This document shows positions 21,216 to 31,439 of a DNA stretch of 64,000 bases, one piece after another (the stretch's first letter is position 1; the number at the start of each line of letters is the position of its first letter). A program made the position numbers and the translations under genes. The stretch is from NCBI RefSeq assembly GCF_051466325.1, contig NZ_CP195792.1, positions 2,083,980-2,147,979 of the forward strand, written 5' to 3'. The notes beneath the pieces were generated by a model. The model had not been told where the DNA came from. It searched no databases and saw nothing but the letters and a program-made list of their open reading frames with translations. This DNA is from Planctomicrobium sp. SH664 (GTDB taxonomy: Bacteria > Planctomycetota > Planctomycetia > Planctomycetales > Planctomycetaceae).

Positions 21216-21743
21216 TCAATCCTGCAGTTCGAAATGGAAGTGATTCTCCCCCGACTCAAGGACTTCGACTGTCAGCTTCGAAGTGTCGGGAGAACCGTAC
21301 CGCTCCGGAATCAACCAGCGTGCACGCGCAGGCGGGAGACTGTCGACTGCGGCGACTGGCATTTTTGCGATGGCCTCGTTGACTTCGGCAGCGGTCATGC
21401 CCACGAGCTTGGTACCCGGAAAGTCCACCTCAAACCGGGAAATCGAAACTCGCTGCGACCCCGGAACAGCACCATCTCCACGCTCAAATGTGGAGAGATT
21501 AAATTTTCCGTTTGCGTCTGTCGTCGCTGAGGCGGACCGTCCCGCATCCGTACAGGTAAACGTGACCACAGCTTCGGCCAGCGGCTTGCCTTTGTACAAG
21601 ATTTCGCCAGTGACCGGGACACGCTTCGGACGGTTACGTGTCCATTTATCTTCCCGTGTGCATCCGGTCATCACGGTGAGAACGATGGCCGCGGAGGTCA
21701 TCCATACAGCGCCCCGCCGGATTCGAGTCAGGTCATTGATCAT
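21216..21743 (-). CDS. Lipoprotein with carboxypeptidase-regulatory-like (Cpr) beta-sandwich domain
   Basis: Lipobox VMTGC. The motif GEILYKGKPLAEAVVTFTCTDAGRSASATTDANGKFNL is typical of CarboxypepD_reg-like small proteins that accompany DUF1559 genes in Planctomycetes. Confidence 0.6.
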   Translation of the reverse strand: MINDLTRIRRGAVWMTSAAIVLTVMTGCTREDKWTRNRPKRVPVTGEILYKGKPLAEAVVTFTCTDAGRSASATTDANGKFNLSTFERGDGAVPGSQRVSISRFEVDFPGTKLVGMTAAEVNEAIAKMPVAAVDSLPPARARWLIPERYGSPDTSKLTVEVLESGENHFHFELQD

Positions 21744-21914
21744 CGCGAACAGCTCTTTGCGTAAGGTTCACGTTCAGGTCCCGGGAACGATCAGTCAATT
21801 GTCCGAACGGGCTCGAGCGTGGTGACTATTGATTGCCTCGCCCTCGCCATGCGGAAGTCAGTCTTTCACCACACGAATCGCTTGCTGCGCGGATACTGGA
21901 AAGAGCAGTCTGCT

Positions 21915-23051
21915 CTAGAAATCGCCGATGACCTCACCTCCGGAGATCGTTCCCAACGCGCCCCAGACGCCGTAGGGACTCGGGCCCTCGAAATTCAGCG
22001 AAGGGGATGTGGCGGCGGTGTTGCCTGTGTCGATGTTCTGGCTGATGAAGCGAACCGAGCCGTCGACCAGCAAGGCATGTACGCCTCCCGGATGTCTGCT
22101 TTGGGCGGAATAGATGCCCCAGCTGCTCGTGCTGGTTCCGCAGCTCGGACTATTGGGCGGCAGGACCGTCGTGAAGCCGCTCGACCCCGGATAGCTGTCG
22201 AAGGCGAGCCGAAACTGTCCCGCTGCTTCAGTGCCAACGACATAGGTGGACTTGAAGTCGATCCCGTCGCTTCCGACTGCTTCCAGACAGAGTCGCGGAT
22301 TCAAGTGGATATTGGGAATGACAGCCATGCTCCCCATGACTTCCGTAGGCCGATCGGTCGCGTTCACGCGCTCCGACAGCGCCAGTGTGTTGCTTGTGCC
22401 GTCCGTCACATCGCGGACACCCTTCTGTCGCGCATTCATCGCGGTGGTAGGATGGTTGCTTCCCCAGAACAGCCCACGGCTCTGCGGATTGACATTGTTA
22501 TTGATCAGGTCGCCCAGACAGAAGACATAATGAGTGGTTGAGGAACCGCCGAACGGGCCACTCTGCCCTCGCGGATTTCGCAGGGGATTTGTCGAGGGAC
22601 AGAGCAGGAATTTTGGCTGATACCGTGCACTGAATGGTCCATAGGCGGTATCGGTGGGGCCACCCATGAACGGTCCATAGGTGTAGCCGTCCGGGCCGGT
22701 CCAGGACCCACTGATCATGCTGTACAGGGGGCCCTCATCCACATAGGGCAAGATCGAGGCGAATGGACTCATCCGTCTGTCGTTGGCGAGATTTCCGGTA
22801 GACCTGTTGATCGGTCCTCCACCGACCCCCGGGAAGACTGTGTGGGCATCGTGGTAGTTGTGCAGAGCCAGGCCGATTTGTTTGAGATTATTTTTGCATT
22901 GGGTGCGGCGGGCCGCCTCGCGCGCCTGCTGGACTGCGGGGAGCAGCAGAGCCACCAGCACGGCAATAATCGCGATCACCACCAGCAGCTCAATGAGGGT
23001 AAATGCCGGCCTGACATGTCTTCGTCGATCGTTCCGACCATTGACAATCAT
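21915..23051 (-). CDS. DUF1559 domain protein with prepilin-type N-terminal cleavage/methylation domain
   Basis: N-terminal FTLIELLVVIAIIAVLVALLLPAVQQAREAARRTQCKNNLKQIGLALHNYHD, the signature N-terminus of the DUF1559 family. Start set at MIVNG. Confidence 0.85.
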   Translation of the reverse strand: MIVNGRNDRRRHVRPAFTLIELLVVIAIIAVLVALLLPAVQQAREAARRTQCKNNLKQIGLALHNYHDAHTVFPGVGGGPINRSTGNLANDRRMSPFASILPYVDEGPLYSMISGSWTGPDGYTYGPFMGGPTDTAYGPFSARYQPKFLLCPSTNPLRNPRGQSGPFGGSSTTHYVFCLGDLINNNVNPQSRGLFWGSNHPTTAMNARQKGVRDVTDGTSNTLALSERVNATDRPTEVMGSMAVIPNIHLNPRLCLEAVGSDGIDFKSTYVVGTEAAGQFRLAFDSYPGSSGFTTVLPPNSPSCGTSTSSWGIYSAQSRHPGGVHALLVDGSVRFISQNIDTGNTAATSPSLNFEGPSPYGVWGALGTISGGEVIGDF

Positions 23052-23188
23052 AATCCCTCTCCTGCAACCGGAATTGATAATGAAGTGAGAAAGAAGCTTC
23101 TCGTTGAGTCGATGAAGCCGAGTGAAATGGTCCGCTGTCTGCTCTGCATGCTCCTCGAAGCCGGCTGAGGCGCCATCACCCGGCCGCC

Positions 23189-24889
23189 TCAACGATAGGG
23201 TGTCGTCATCTGAAAATACGTTTCGATTTCAGCCCCACTGAGGGCACGACCGAGCATGACAAATTCATCCATTCTGCCGCTGAATCGGCGAGGGGAATAC
23301 TTGGGATAGCCTTTCCAGTTTCCGATCTGGGCCGGGCCCAGCAGCACGGGAATCGGCTCTGGAATGTGAGTTTCGTTGTCGCAACGGCCATTGATATAGA
23401 GCCGCGCCAGCTGACTGTCGGCATCGTAAACGACTGCCAGATGAATCCAGCGTCCCAGGTCGCCCGACAGTGAGGAGCGTGCAGAAGCCAGTCGTGCCTC
23501 GCTGCGCCGTGTCTCGTCCTCGACCGGTGCCCCGTTGATGGCGAAGCGCATCAGGTCGTGAAGGTGTTCGTTGTTATAGATCAGCCAGTGGATCTGCCCG
23601 CGCGCATCCCATCCGTCCGCGGAATAGATCGAGTTCCCCCGTTCCAGGACGTGGTTGAGACGAACCCACGTCATCAACGTCAATTGCTGCACCCGCTTTT
23701 CAACGTTCAGTTTGACATGGTCGTTGAACTCGATGAACTCGACCGCTGTTCTGCCGGGGAAGCGTCCCTGGACGAGTCGTGCGCCCACGATCTCCCCGCC
23801 GCTCTCGGCGAAGTGAGCATCGTTCCCCGGCTCAAAATCGGCAAACACCAGCAGCTTCGGGTCCTGTTTCAGTGTCGCCACCGCGTGGAGGGAACGGTTT
23901 ACCTGACCTGCCCGCAGAGCTGCGGAGAGAGATGTGACCTCTTCAGGCTGAACAAAAGTGGCATTGCGCGGGCTGCAGGTCTCTGTCGTCCCGGCGCGCC
24001 CAAATCGCAATGATTCGGTGGCGAACAGTTTCCGTCGTTCTCCTGATTTAATGGCCCCGGCCGCGACCTTCCCTTCCAGAACATGCACTTCCGACCGCAG
24101 TTCCTTTGTCACGTCGATGGCGAAGCGGGTCCCCAGATCGAGGACGTCCATGTCCGGTGTGATCACCCGCAGCCCCTGAACTCCATCGCGAACGTGGGCC
24201 GTAATCCGTCCATAGACCACACATAATGTTTTGGAATCCCGAATCTCAAATCGCGCGGGAGCTTCCACCACCACATTGGCCGAGGCCCTGTGAAAGCGGA
24301 GTTCCACGAGCCCGCGCGTCAACTCATATCGGTGTCCGATCAGGTTCTGACGGGAGAACAACTCGACAGACGCTTCCTCCTCACTCGAGGCGGGAAACAA
24401 TGGTTTTTCAGATTCCGAGGCTTCCTGTGACGTGAGATCGGAGAGTTCCGCAAGCTGCTGACCAACACCCCGCACAAACTCGACCTGGGGACGGCTCATC
24501 CACCAGAGCCCGGCGATCAGGAGTGCGAGTGTAATTGCCGCACAACCTCCCAGCACTGTCCGTCGACTCGGACGGTTGCTCCGACCCTCCACTGGCCCCG
24601 AGGGATTTCGCGCTCGCAGAAGGGCCCTGTCCGCAGGGATCGCCGCGTCAGCTGGGGTGTGGTCGATGGCATCGGGGATTGCAGCGGATGAGGCACGTTC
24701 CACTGCGGCCGGTTCACAGTCTGCCAGGCCGAGTTCCGCATGGATCTCTGCAAATCTCAGAAAACGTCGACGGCTGGAGGAGTTGACCAACAGCTCCTGC
24801 TCGAGCCGCTCGACTTCTTCGCGAGTCGCTTCGCCGTCGAAAAGCCGTTCGGCAATTTCGAGGATCCAGTTGGAGTCTTCGCGATGCAT
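23189..24889 (-). CDS. FecR-like anti-sigma factor with single TM helix and C-terminal LamG/concanavalin-like domain
   Basis: N-terminal anti-sigma region, transmembrane segment TVLGGCAAITLALLIAGLWW, then a C-terminal laminin-G-like region. It lies directly downstream of the ECF sigma factor with a 245-bp gap. Confidence 0.7.
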   Translation of the reverse strand: MHREDSNWILEIAERLFDGEATREEVERLEQELLVNSSSRRRFLRFAEIHAELGLADCEPAAVERASSAAIPDAIDHTPADAAIPADRALLRARNPSGPVEGRSNRPSRRTVLGGCAAITLALLIAGLWWMSRPQVEFVRGVGQQLAELSDLTSQEASESEKPLFPASSEEEASVELFSRQNLIGHRYELTRGLVELRFHRASANVVVEAPARFEIRDSKTLCVVYGRITAHVRDGVQGLRVITPDMDVLDLGTRFAIDVTKELRSEVHVLEGKVAAGAIKSGERRKLFATESLRFGRAGTTETCSPRNATFVQPEEVTSLSAALRAGQVNRSLHAVATLKQDPKLLVFADFEPGNDAHFAESGGEIVGARLVQGRFPGRTAVEFIEFNDHVKLNVEKRVQQLTLMTWVRLNHVLERGNSIYSADGWDARGQIHWLIYNNEHLHDLMRFAINGAPVEDETRRSEARLASARSSLSGDLGRWIHLAVVYDADSQLARLYINGRCDNETHIPEPIPVLLGPAQIGNWKGYPKYSPRRFSGRMDEFVMLGRALSGAEIETYFQMTTPYR

Positions 24890-25133
24890 GTTTCGGAACT
24901 TTCGATACGCGGACAGTCCGAACGGTCTTATCGATCAGGTCATGCTCGAGGAAGTTGCTCTTTTCAGTCCCCACGCAGCCAGCGTTTCATATCGTGAAAT
25001 GTGGACTTCCGCGTGGCCATGACTGGGTATTCAAAATCACAAGGCTCCAACAGGTCACTCCCAGGCGGTCTTACATGGCAGGGGATACTTCACTCCGTAT
25101 AACAGCAAGGGATCGATCAAAGGTCACAGTGTT

Positions 25134-25697
25134 CTAGCACTCCTCGGGTAATTTCGATTCCACACATTGCAGCAGTGCTCGACGCATCACTTTCAGCGCC
25201 TTATGCACGGCATGGATCGACCGGTTCCAGCGTGCTGCAATGGAGGCATACGAGCAGCCTTCACCATAAAACAGGCGAATCAATTCGTGCTGTCGCACCG
25301 TCAACCGCCTCAGGCACTCTTCGAACGCGGTCTGCTGGCTTGTCGATTCACTGACAAGTTCGCCGGCATCGTTGGCCAGACTCTCCAGCAGCGACTCACT
25401 GAACGTCAGCCGTTCTTTTTTTCTGGTTCGCCAATACTTCAACAGCTGGCGGCGGGCGATACCGATCGCCCAGTTCGAAAAGTCTCCTCCCTGGCGAAAT
25501 GACGGGAACCGCCGCCACAGCACCAGACTCGTCTCCTGGAACAGGTCTCCGGCGTCAGCCCGGTCATAGACCATGATGCGGATGTATTTCAGGAGCTTCA
25601 GCTGCACAGGCACGTAGAGCTTGAGGAACGCTTCGTACTTCGCGTCGGTCTGCAAGGTGAGCGTGGCCTGTGTTGGCGACCGGGAGAAGGCTGGCAT
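25134..25697 (-). CDS. ECF-type RNA polymerase sigma factor (sigma-70 family)
   Basis: Region 2 (LFQETSLVLWRRF...FSNWAIGIARRQLLKYWR) and region 4 helix-turn-helix (CSYASIAARWNRSIHAVHKALKVMRRAL). Confidence 0.85.
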   Translation of the reverse strand: MPAFSRSPTQATLTLQTDAKYEAFLKLYVPVQLKLLKYIRIMVYDRADAGDLFQETSLVLWRRFPSFRQGGDFSNWAIGIARRQLLKYWRTRKKERLTFSESLLESLANDAGELVSESTSQQTAFEECLRRLTVRQHELIRLFYGEGCSYASIAARWNRSIHAVHKALKVMRRALLQCVESKLPEEC

Positions 25698-25930
25698 AAG
25701 GGACGCTCCGCGGATCGAAAGCCAGACGAACCCAAAGCATTCATATTATCTTGTACTGATATATTGCTCCGTCCAGCCAAAACCGGTACCAATCCCGACG
25801 GTGAACCTGACGAAATTCGTCAAATTCCTGCTGCGACGACATTTCCACCCGCCTCTCGTCGCAGATTTCATGCGGATCCGCTGAGGAGAGACTGAAGTCT
25901 CCTCCTCAAACTCGCGGTGCGCCTCCCCGC

Positions 25931-27049
25931 TTAATTTCGAAAGAGAGCTTCCTCCCGCGGGAGATTGCCCACATTCCAGGTATTCTTGAAACCGGGGTCC
26001 CGCGGCCAGAGCCGGACGATTTTCCCGGGACGAAATCCTTCCAGCAGCAGTGAAGGCTGGAAAGTGACGCGGACACCACTCGCTCCGGGATGCTCCGCTG
26101 CCACGCGCACGGCGGTCCCGGGACCTTCTTTGCTGTCGTTAACCTGGTCATAAGTGCGCAGAGAATCGTCCGCGACGGCTGCTCGAAACAAACTGGCGGC
26201 CAGGAAATCTTCGTACAAGACGGGGTCCATGCCTCCGAACAGCATGACCGAAACCTTGCCGGCTTGATTGTCGACTCCATCGACCAGTCCCACCAGTCCG
26301 TGCTGCCGCATTTGGTACCGGTGCCTGGCGAACTGCTGCCGAGTCGCCACGGCCCGGCTCTCGTCATCAATCCAGATATCGGTACATCGGCCGGGCCCCG
26401 TCAGCGTGCAGGCAGTCAGATTCAAGACGACAGTCTGCCCGGGCTGCAGGGCGTCGAGTGTGCAAACAGAGCGCCCCTTCCAGATGTGGGCGTCTTCGCC
26501 CAGTTCAAACTTCGTCGGCCTGGCATCGATTGTCCCATCGGCACCGACCGCGACGACCATCAATGTTTCGCTATCAGGCTGAACAGCTTCGATGCGCCAC
26601 AGTCGTCCTGTGCGGGATGCGTAGCTGAAATCATCTTCCAGTCGGCTGACACGAGTGAATGCCAGGTAGGGGCTGGTTTTGCGCGGGCCGAGATGATGCG
26701 AGTACATCGGCTCGTAGCGCGAAACCGGTTCTCCTTCGAAAAATTCGGCGCGCAGGTGAGTCCCCAGCGGAATGTCGCGCAGGTCAGCGGGAGCACCGTG
26801 GGAACTCACCGTGCCGAAGGGGAACAATGCAAAGGGGAGCGGCCGGTCCCACTGTCCTCGCGTCTGGTCGTCGCCACGGTCTACGCGCAGCACTCCCTGT
26901 CGATTGACGTGATCGACTTCGATCAGTTCCCCCCAGATCACCCGTTCGGCGCCTGCTGGGAGAGCGCCGTCCGGAGTCTGTTCTCCCGCCTGGTTCGGGA
27001 CCGGATGGGTCAGCAGTGCGAGCAAAAGGCAAACGCGGAGAGCGGTCAT
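25931..27049 (-). CDS. Hypothetical secreted protein
   Basis: Signal peptide [21 protein letters not shown]. 372 aa. Its start overlaps the stop of the upstream DUF1501 gene by 4 bp. Confidence 0.5.
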   Translation of the reverse strand: MTALRVCLLLALLTHPVPNQAGEQTPDGALPAGAERVIWGELIEVDHVNRQGVLRVDRGDDQTRGQWDRPLPFALFPFGTVSSHGAPADLRDIPLGTHLRAEFFEGEPVSRYEPMYSHHLGPRKTSPYLAFTRVSRLEDDFSYASRTGRLWRIEAVQPDSETLMVVAVGADGTIDARPTKFELGEDAHIWKGRSVCTLDALQPGQTVVLNLTACTLTGPGRCTDIWIDDESRAVATRQQFARHRYQMRQHGLVGLVDGVDNQAGKVSVMLFGGMDPVLYEDFLAASLFRAAVADDSLRTYDQVNDSKEGPGTAVRVAAEHPGASGVRVTFQPSLLLEGFRPGKIVRLWPRDPGFKNTWNVGNLPREEALFRN

Positions 27050-28428
27050 CCTCCCACCTCCGAGACCGGGCCCAGACTGTCAACGAATTTTTCGACAGGA
27101 ACTTCCATCTTCTGCACCATCGTCAGCAGCAGATTGCTGAGACGGGCCTTGTCGTCCAGCGGCCGTGAGCAGATCCGGTAATGACTGGTGGCGTCTGCCA
27201 ACTGGTACTGCTTGACGACAGGCAGGTTGTAATCGATGTGCTGCCCGTGCCTGAGCCCCAGACCGCTGCCGCCAGCCAGGATTGTCGGGAGGTTGGCGTT
27301 GCCATGGCTGTGGCCATAGCTCATGCCGCTGCCGAGCAGGACCATCGTCCTGTCGAGCAGCATTCCGTCACCATCCGCAACCCCCTGCAAGCGGTCAAGA
27401 AAGTAAGCGAACTGGTCCACAATGAAGGCATCTGCCTGGCTCAGCCGCCGCATTTGCTCGGGATCACCGTTGTGATGCGAGAGGCCGTGGCGGTCCTGCG
27501 GGATGCCGATCTCAGGCAGCGCCAATCCATTGGCTTCGTTCCCGCTCTGGAAAGTGACCACGCGTGTCATGTCCGTCTGCAGGGCCAGAACGATCAGATC
27601 GTACATGGTCCGGTAATAGTCCCCGGCGTCCGTCTTCGGGACGTTTCGCTGGAGTCGGGCTTTCGTGGCGGCATCGACTTTCGGTTTGGGAACATTCAGC
27701 CAGGCCTCCAGTCGTTCGGTGCGGACTTCGACTTCACGGACCGATTCCAGGTATTCGTTAAGCTTCGTCCGATCGTCGCGGCCGATCCGGCGTCGCAGGC
27801 CATCGGCGTTTTCGCGGACGAGATCGAGCACACTCAATCGTCGTTCCAGTTGGTTCCGTCTCGCGGCAACTCCCCCGTGCTCCACTTCGAACAGCCGGTC
27901 GAAGATCTGCCGGGGGTTGTCTTCGGCAGGGAGCGCGATCCCATCGCGGGACCAGGCGAGCGTCCGTTGATTTCCGCTGACGTTCGCCAGCTCGAGCGAA
28001 GGAATTCGCGTATGCCGAGATGTACTCTCCGAGATGAGCTGATCACAGGAAATAGTGTTGCGGAAGCCTCCGACTTTCTGGTTGATGCGGGCCGCGGTGA
28101 GCCAGACTTTTTCACACTCGTGAGCACTTCCGATCGCGTTCGGGTGATGCAGTCCACTGATCGGAGTAATCTTGGAGCGGTGCCGCTCCAGCGATTTGAG
28201 TGGTTCGCTCAACTCATAGTCGCGGCCGGCCTTGGTAATCTGCCACGTCAGGACGTTGACCCCATTGGGAATATAAACGAACACGCTGCGGCGAGGCTTT
28301 TCCGAAGTCGGCGTGGCCCCCAACAGGGGCCGCATGCAGTCGAGCAGCGGGAGCGCAACGGCCGCCCCCAGCCCGCGGAGAAGATGTCGGCGATTGAGAA
28401 GCCATTTGTGAGTAATGATGTTGCTCAT
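27046..28428 (-). CDS. DUF1501 domain protein (TAT signal)
   Basis: [17 protein letters not shown] twin-arginine signal followed by DUF1501 motifs. It sits downstream of a PSD1 gene, the canonical planctomycete pairing. Confidence 0.85.
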   Translation of the reverse strand: MSNIITHKWLLNRRHLLRGLGAAVALPLLDCMRPLLGATPTSEKPRRSVFVYIPNGVNVLTWQITKAGRDYELSEPLKSLERHRSKITPISGLHHPNAIGSAHECEKVWLTAARINQKVGGFRNTISCDQLISESTSRHTRIPSLELANVSGNQRTLAWSRDGIALPAEDNPRQIFDRLFEVEHGGVAARRNQLERRLSVLDLVRENADGLRRRIGRDDRTKLNEYLESVREVEVRTERLEAWLNVPKPKVDAATKARLQRNVPKTDAGDYYRTMYDLIVLALQTDMTRVVTFQSGNEANGLALPEIGIPQDRHGLSHHNGDPEQMRRLSQADAFIVDQFAYFLDRLQGVADGDGMLLDRTMVLLGSGMSYGHSHGNANLPTILAGGSGLGLRHGQHIDYNLPVVKQYQLADATSHYRICSRPLDDKARLSNLLLTMVQKMEVPVEKFVDSLGPVSEVGG

Positions 28429-28529
28429 ATGGTTCCGGGATCGGGGTTGTGGATCGGGGCTTTCGGAACGATGACGAATCGTCGGCCTTCCCGGCCTTCT
28501 TCTCACGGGCTGGAACGTTCAGTCCGACA

Positions 28530-31088
28530 TCAACGCTTTTGGAACAGGTCCGATAAAACGAGGGCCTCGATCAGTGCCGGGAGGCGATAGTCCGCTTCTG
28601 CGCCTTGCCGGGCGATTTCTTCGAGGGTGGCGCGGTCGTCGTAAGTCATTGGCCGCCGGAGTGCATACACGGCCAGTTTTTCAGTCAAGGTTGCGGTAAA
28701 CTGTTCGAGATCATCCCGCAGCAAATGCTTGAACTCGGTGGCGTCGGCAAACGTCCGCCCGTCCGGTAGTTCGCCACTGGGGTCGACGGGGGGATTGTCT
28801 CCCAGTCCATCGCCGACGATTTCATGCGTGCGCCAACGACCGATGGCATCGTAATTTTCGAAGGCCAGACCGAGGGGATCGATTTGACGATGACACGCCG
28901 CACAACTGGCGTTCTGCGTATGGGCCCTCAGTTTTTCTCGCAGCGTCGCCTTGGGGCGATCGGACGGGGTGGGCTCGATGGCATCAACACTCGCCGGTGG
29001 AGGAGGAGGAGATTTGCCGAAGATCGACTCGAGCACCCATTTGCCGCGATGAACGGGCCGGTGCCTGACTCCGTCCGACGTCAGCGTGAGGACGGAGGCC
29101 TGAGTCAGCACTCCCCCGCGGCGATCATTCGGACCCAGAGGAACACGGACAAACCGGTCCGGGTTCGCGCCAGGAGTCAATTCAAAGTCAGCGATGTCAT
29201 AGTGCGTCGCCAGTCGCAGATTGAGCATGGTCCAGTCGGAATCCAGAAATTCCTGCAGACTCAGATTCTCACGCAAGACCTCCCCAAAGAAGCTGGTGGT
29301 CTCGCCGATCATGCTCTTTTCCAGATAAGCGTCGTAGTCCGGATAGAGTTTCCTGTCGGGGGGAAACATTCCGAGCAACTGCAATTGCAACCATTGCCGG
29401 GGGAAGCTTTCAACAAACCGCTGTGATTTCGGATCGGCCAGCATCCTCGCCACCTGCGAGCGGAGCACCTCCGGCCTGTGCAGAATTCCCTGTTCTGCCG
29501 CCTCAAACAGCACGCCATCCGGCATGCTGCTCCACAGGAAATACGACAGACGAGAAGCCAACTCCCAATCGTTGATCTGCAGTGAGTCGCTGCGGGCCTC
29601 CCCTTCGACGAGATAGCAGAAGTCACTGGAACAGAGGATCGCCATCCGCGCCGAGTTCAGGGCGTCTGCGAATGGCTCTCCGCGGGCCAGCCCGGTGTGG
29701 ACGAGTTGAACCAGCGGATCAATTTCAACGGACCGGGCGGGGCGTCGGTATGCGAGGCTCGCAAAGCGGGTCAGGTAGCGCTGCAGCTGGGAGAGTTCGT
29801 TCGCATCTACGGGAGAGTCAATCGCCAGATCTGTCGGGACGCGGGGGGCCAGCGGCCCTTCCCATTCGATCCAGTCGAGAATCAGAAACGGGTACAGCGG
29901 CTTCCCTTCTTCGTCGGTCAGCTTGATCTGCCACGGATCGCGACCTTCCTTGACGGTCAGGAACGGCAGGCTCGTCCGGGATGTTGCCGGAGAAACCGAA
30001 GGGCCGGGGACGGCATTGCTCACCAGGATGTCATGGCTTCCCGCTGGAAGGTGTGTCTCAAACTCGAGGATGACCGGCTGGTCTTCTGCAGTGACCACAT
30101 CCTGCTCGAAGAGCACCCGATCCAGTTCAATCGCATAGAAGCGAAGATGCGGGGCGAGGCCGCGTGTCGGCTTGAGACCGCTCAACTGCACTCGCACGCG
30201 ATAAACACCGGCCGCTGGCAGTGACTGCCCGGGGCCTCCGCGACCGAGAATTTGGGCACCCGGCCACAGCTCGACCCGCACTCTGTCAGCGACGCCCCGG
30301 CGGGTGGACTCCGTGCGTTCCGCATCCGTCCCCCGCAAGGTGAAGGCATCACGATGGCGTTGAAGAGTCGTGGGGCGCTGGGAGGGAAATGCCTCTGCCA
30401 GAATTCGATCGGCAACTGCGTAGTACTTCTCAACATGCGCCGGCGACAGGGAGAGCACGGAGCCGATCCGCTCAACTCCATGCCATGTGTCGTCGGGCAG
30501 CAGCCCGTTGGGATCGGCCACATCGACGTGCACACCCAGCAGATCATAGATCGTGTGGGCATATTCCTCGCGAGTCAGGCGATGCAGACTCACCGGGTCT
30601 CGCCGAGCATGCCTGGCACCTTCGGCCTGGGTGAACTTTGTCGCAATCCAGTCGATCACAGCCAGCAACTCGACCGGATCTGGTTGTGGTTCGTCCGCCG
30701 GAGGCATCGCCCCCGAGTTGAGGCGGTTGCGAATATCTTCCCAATGCGTCACGTTCATCGGTTCGACGAAATCGTGCGGCAGCGTGTCCAGCCGCAGTTC
30801 TCCCTCCTGCAGCTTGTCGCTGTGACACTTGTGGCAGTGCTTTTTGAAAAAACGCTCCACGTGATGATCAGACGGAGCTTCCGCCGCTGAGAGTCCAGCG
30901 ATGGAGCGAATCCCGGTGAACGAGACTGCCAGCAGGAGGGCGAGATACAACGGGCGACGGAGACCGGCGGTCAGTCTCTTGCTCCCGTCACGAAGGAACG
31001 GCCTGGCTGAGAGTGATGAGCGGGGGGGCTCGCAGAGAGCGTTCGTCGACCGGGAGCGATGATCATCCAGTTGAAGTAAACTGTTCAT
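28530..31088 (-). CDS. PSD1 / DUF1549 / DUF1553 domain protein (planctomycete cytochrome-c domain PSCyt)
   Basis: CxxCH heme-binding-like motifs FFKKHCHKCH and CAACHRQIDPLGLAFENYDAIGRWR, plus DUF1549 and DUF1553 regions. It is paired with the downstream DUF1501 gene. Confidence 0.85.
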   Translation of the reverse strand: MNSLLQLDDHRSRSTNALCEPPRSSLSARPFLRDGSKRLTAGLRRPLYLALLLAVSFTGIRSIAGLSAAEAPSDHHVERFFKKHCHKCHSDKLQEGELRLDTLPHDFVEPMNVTHWEDIRNRLNSGAMPPADEPQPDPVELLAVIDWIATKFTQAEGARHARRDPVSLHRLTREEYAHTIYDLLGVHVDVADPNGLLPDDTWHGVERIGSVLSLSPAHVEKYYAVADRILAEAFPSQRPTTLQRHRDAFTLRGTDAERTESTRRGVADRVRVELWPGAQILGRGGPGQSLPAAGVYRVRVQLSGLKPTRGLAPHLRFYAIELDRVLFEQDVVTAEDQPVILEFETHLPAGSHDILVSNAVPGPSVSPATSRTSLPFLTVKEGRDPWQIKLTDEEGKPLYPFLILDWIEWEGPLAPRVPTDLAIDSPVDANELSQLQRYLTRFASLAYRRPARSVEIDPLVQLVHTGLARGEPFADALNSARMAILCSSDFCYLVEGEARSDSLQINDWELASRLSYFLWSSMPDGVLFEAAEQGILHRPEVLRSQVARMLADPKSQRFVESFPRQWLQLQLLGMFPPDRKLYPDYDAYLEKSMIGETTSFFGEVLRENLSLQEFLDSDWTMLNLRLATHYDIADFELTPGANPDRFVRVPLGPNDRRGGVLTQASVLTLTSDGVRHRPVHRGKWVLESIFGKSPPPPPASVDAIEPTPSDRPKATLREKLRAHTQNASCAACHRQIDPLGLAFENYDAIGRWRTHEIVGDGLGDNPPVDPSGELPDGRTFADATEFKHLLRDDLEQFTATLTEKLAVYALRRPMTYDDRATLEEIARQGAEADYRLPALIEALVLSDLFQKR

Positions 31089-31439
31089 CGGTCACTTCTT
31101 GGGAGGGATCTCGGCGTCCGCGGAAGGCCGGTGGCAGGCAGACGAACGTCCCTATGTATTGCGCACGCGGTAGCAATCGGGTACCGCGAATCGGTTCCTG
31201 CGCACGATTTTCGACCGGTTGGTCTGTCTGAGCCTACCGTCGCGAAGAAGTCACACCGCATCCGTGCGACATCCCGACGGCTCGTCGCGTATGTCTTTGA
31301 AGAGACCAGAGAGCACGGGCCAGCAATGGGCTTCGTCGGTGAGGCGCCGTTGAGACCGCTGAAGAGAGAATGGTCAGCGCGAATGCCGCTCATAAACAAA
31401 AAAATCCCCGGCCTGAGGGTTCAGACCGGGGACGCCGAT

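Noticed and set aside
26090-27181. 363-aa plus-strand ORF
   Set aside because: It is antisense to the secreted hypothetical protein and the DUF1501 3' end. Low-complexity translation.
27181-28590. 469-aa plus-strand ORF
   Set aside because: It is antisense to the DUF1501 gene at 27046-28428. GC-driven artefact.
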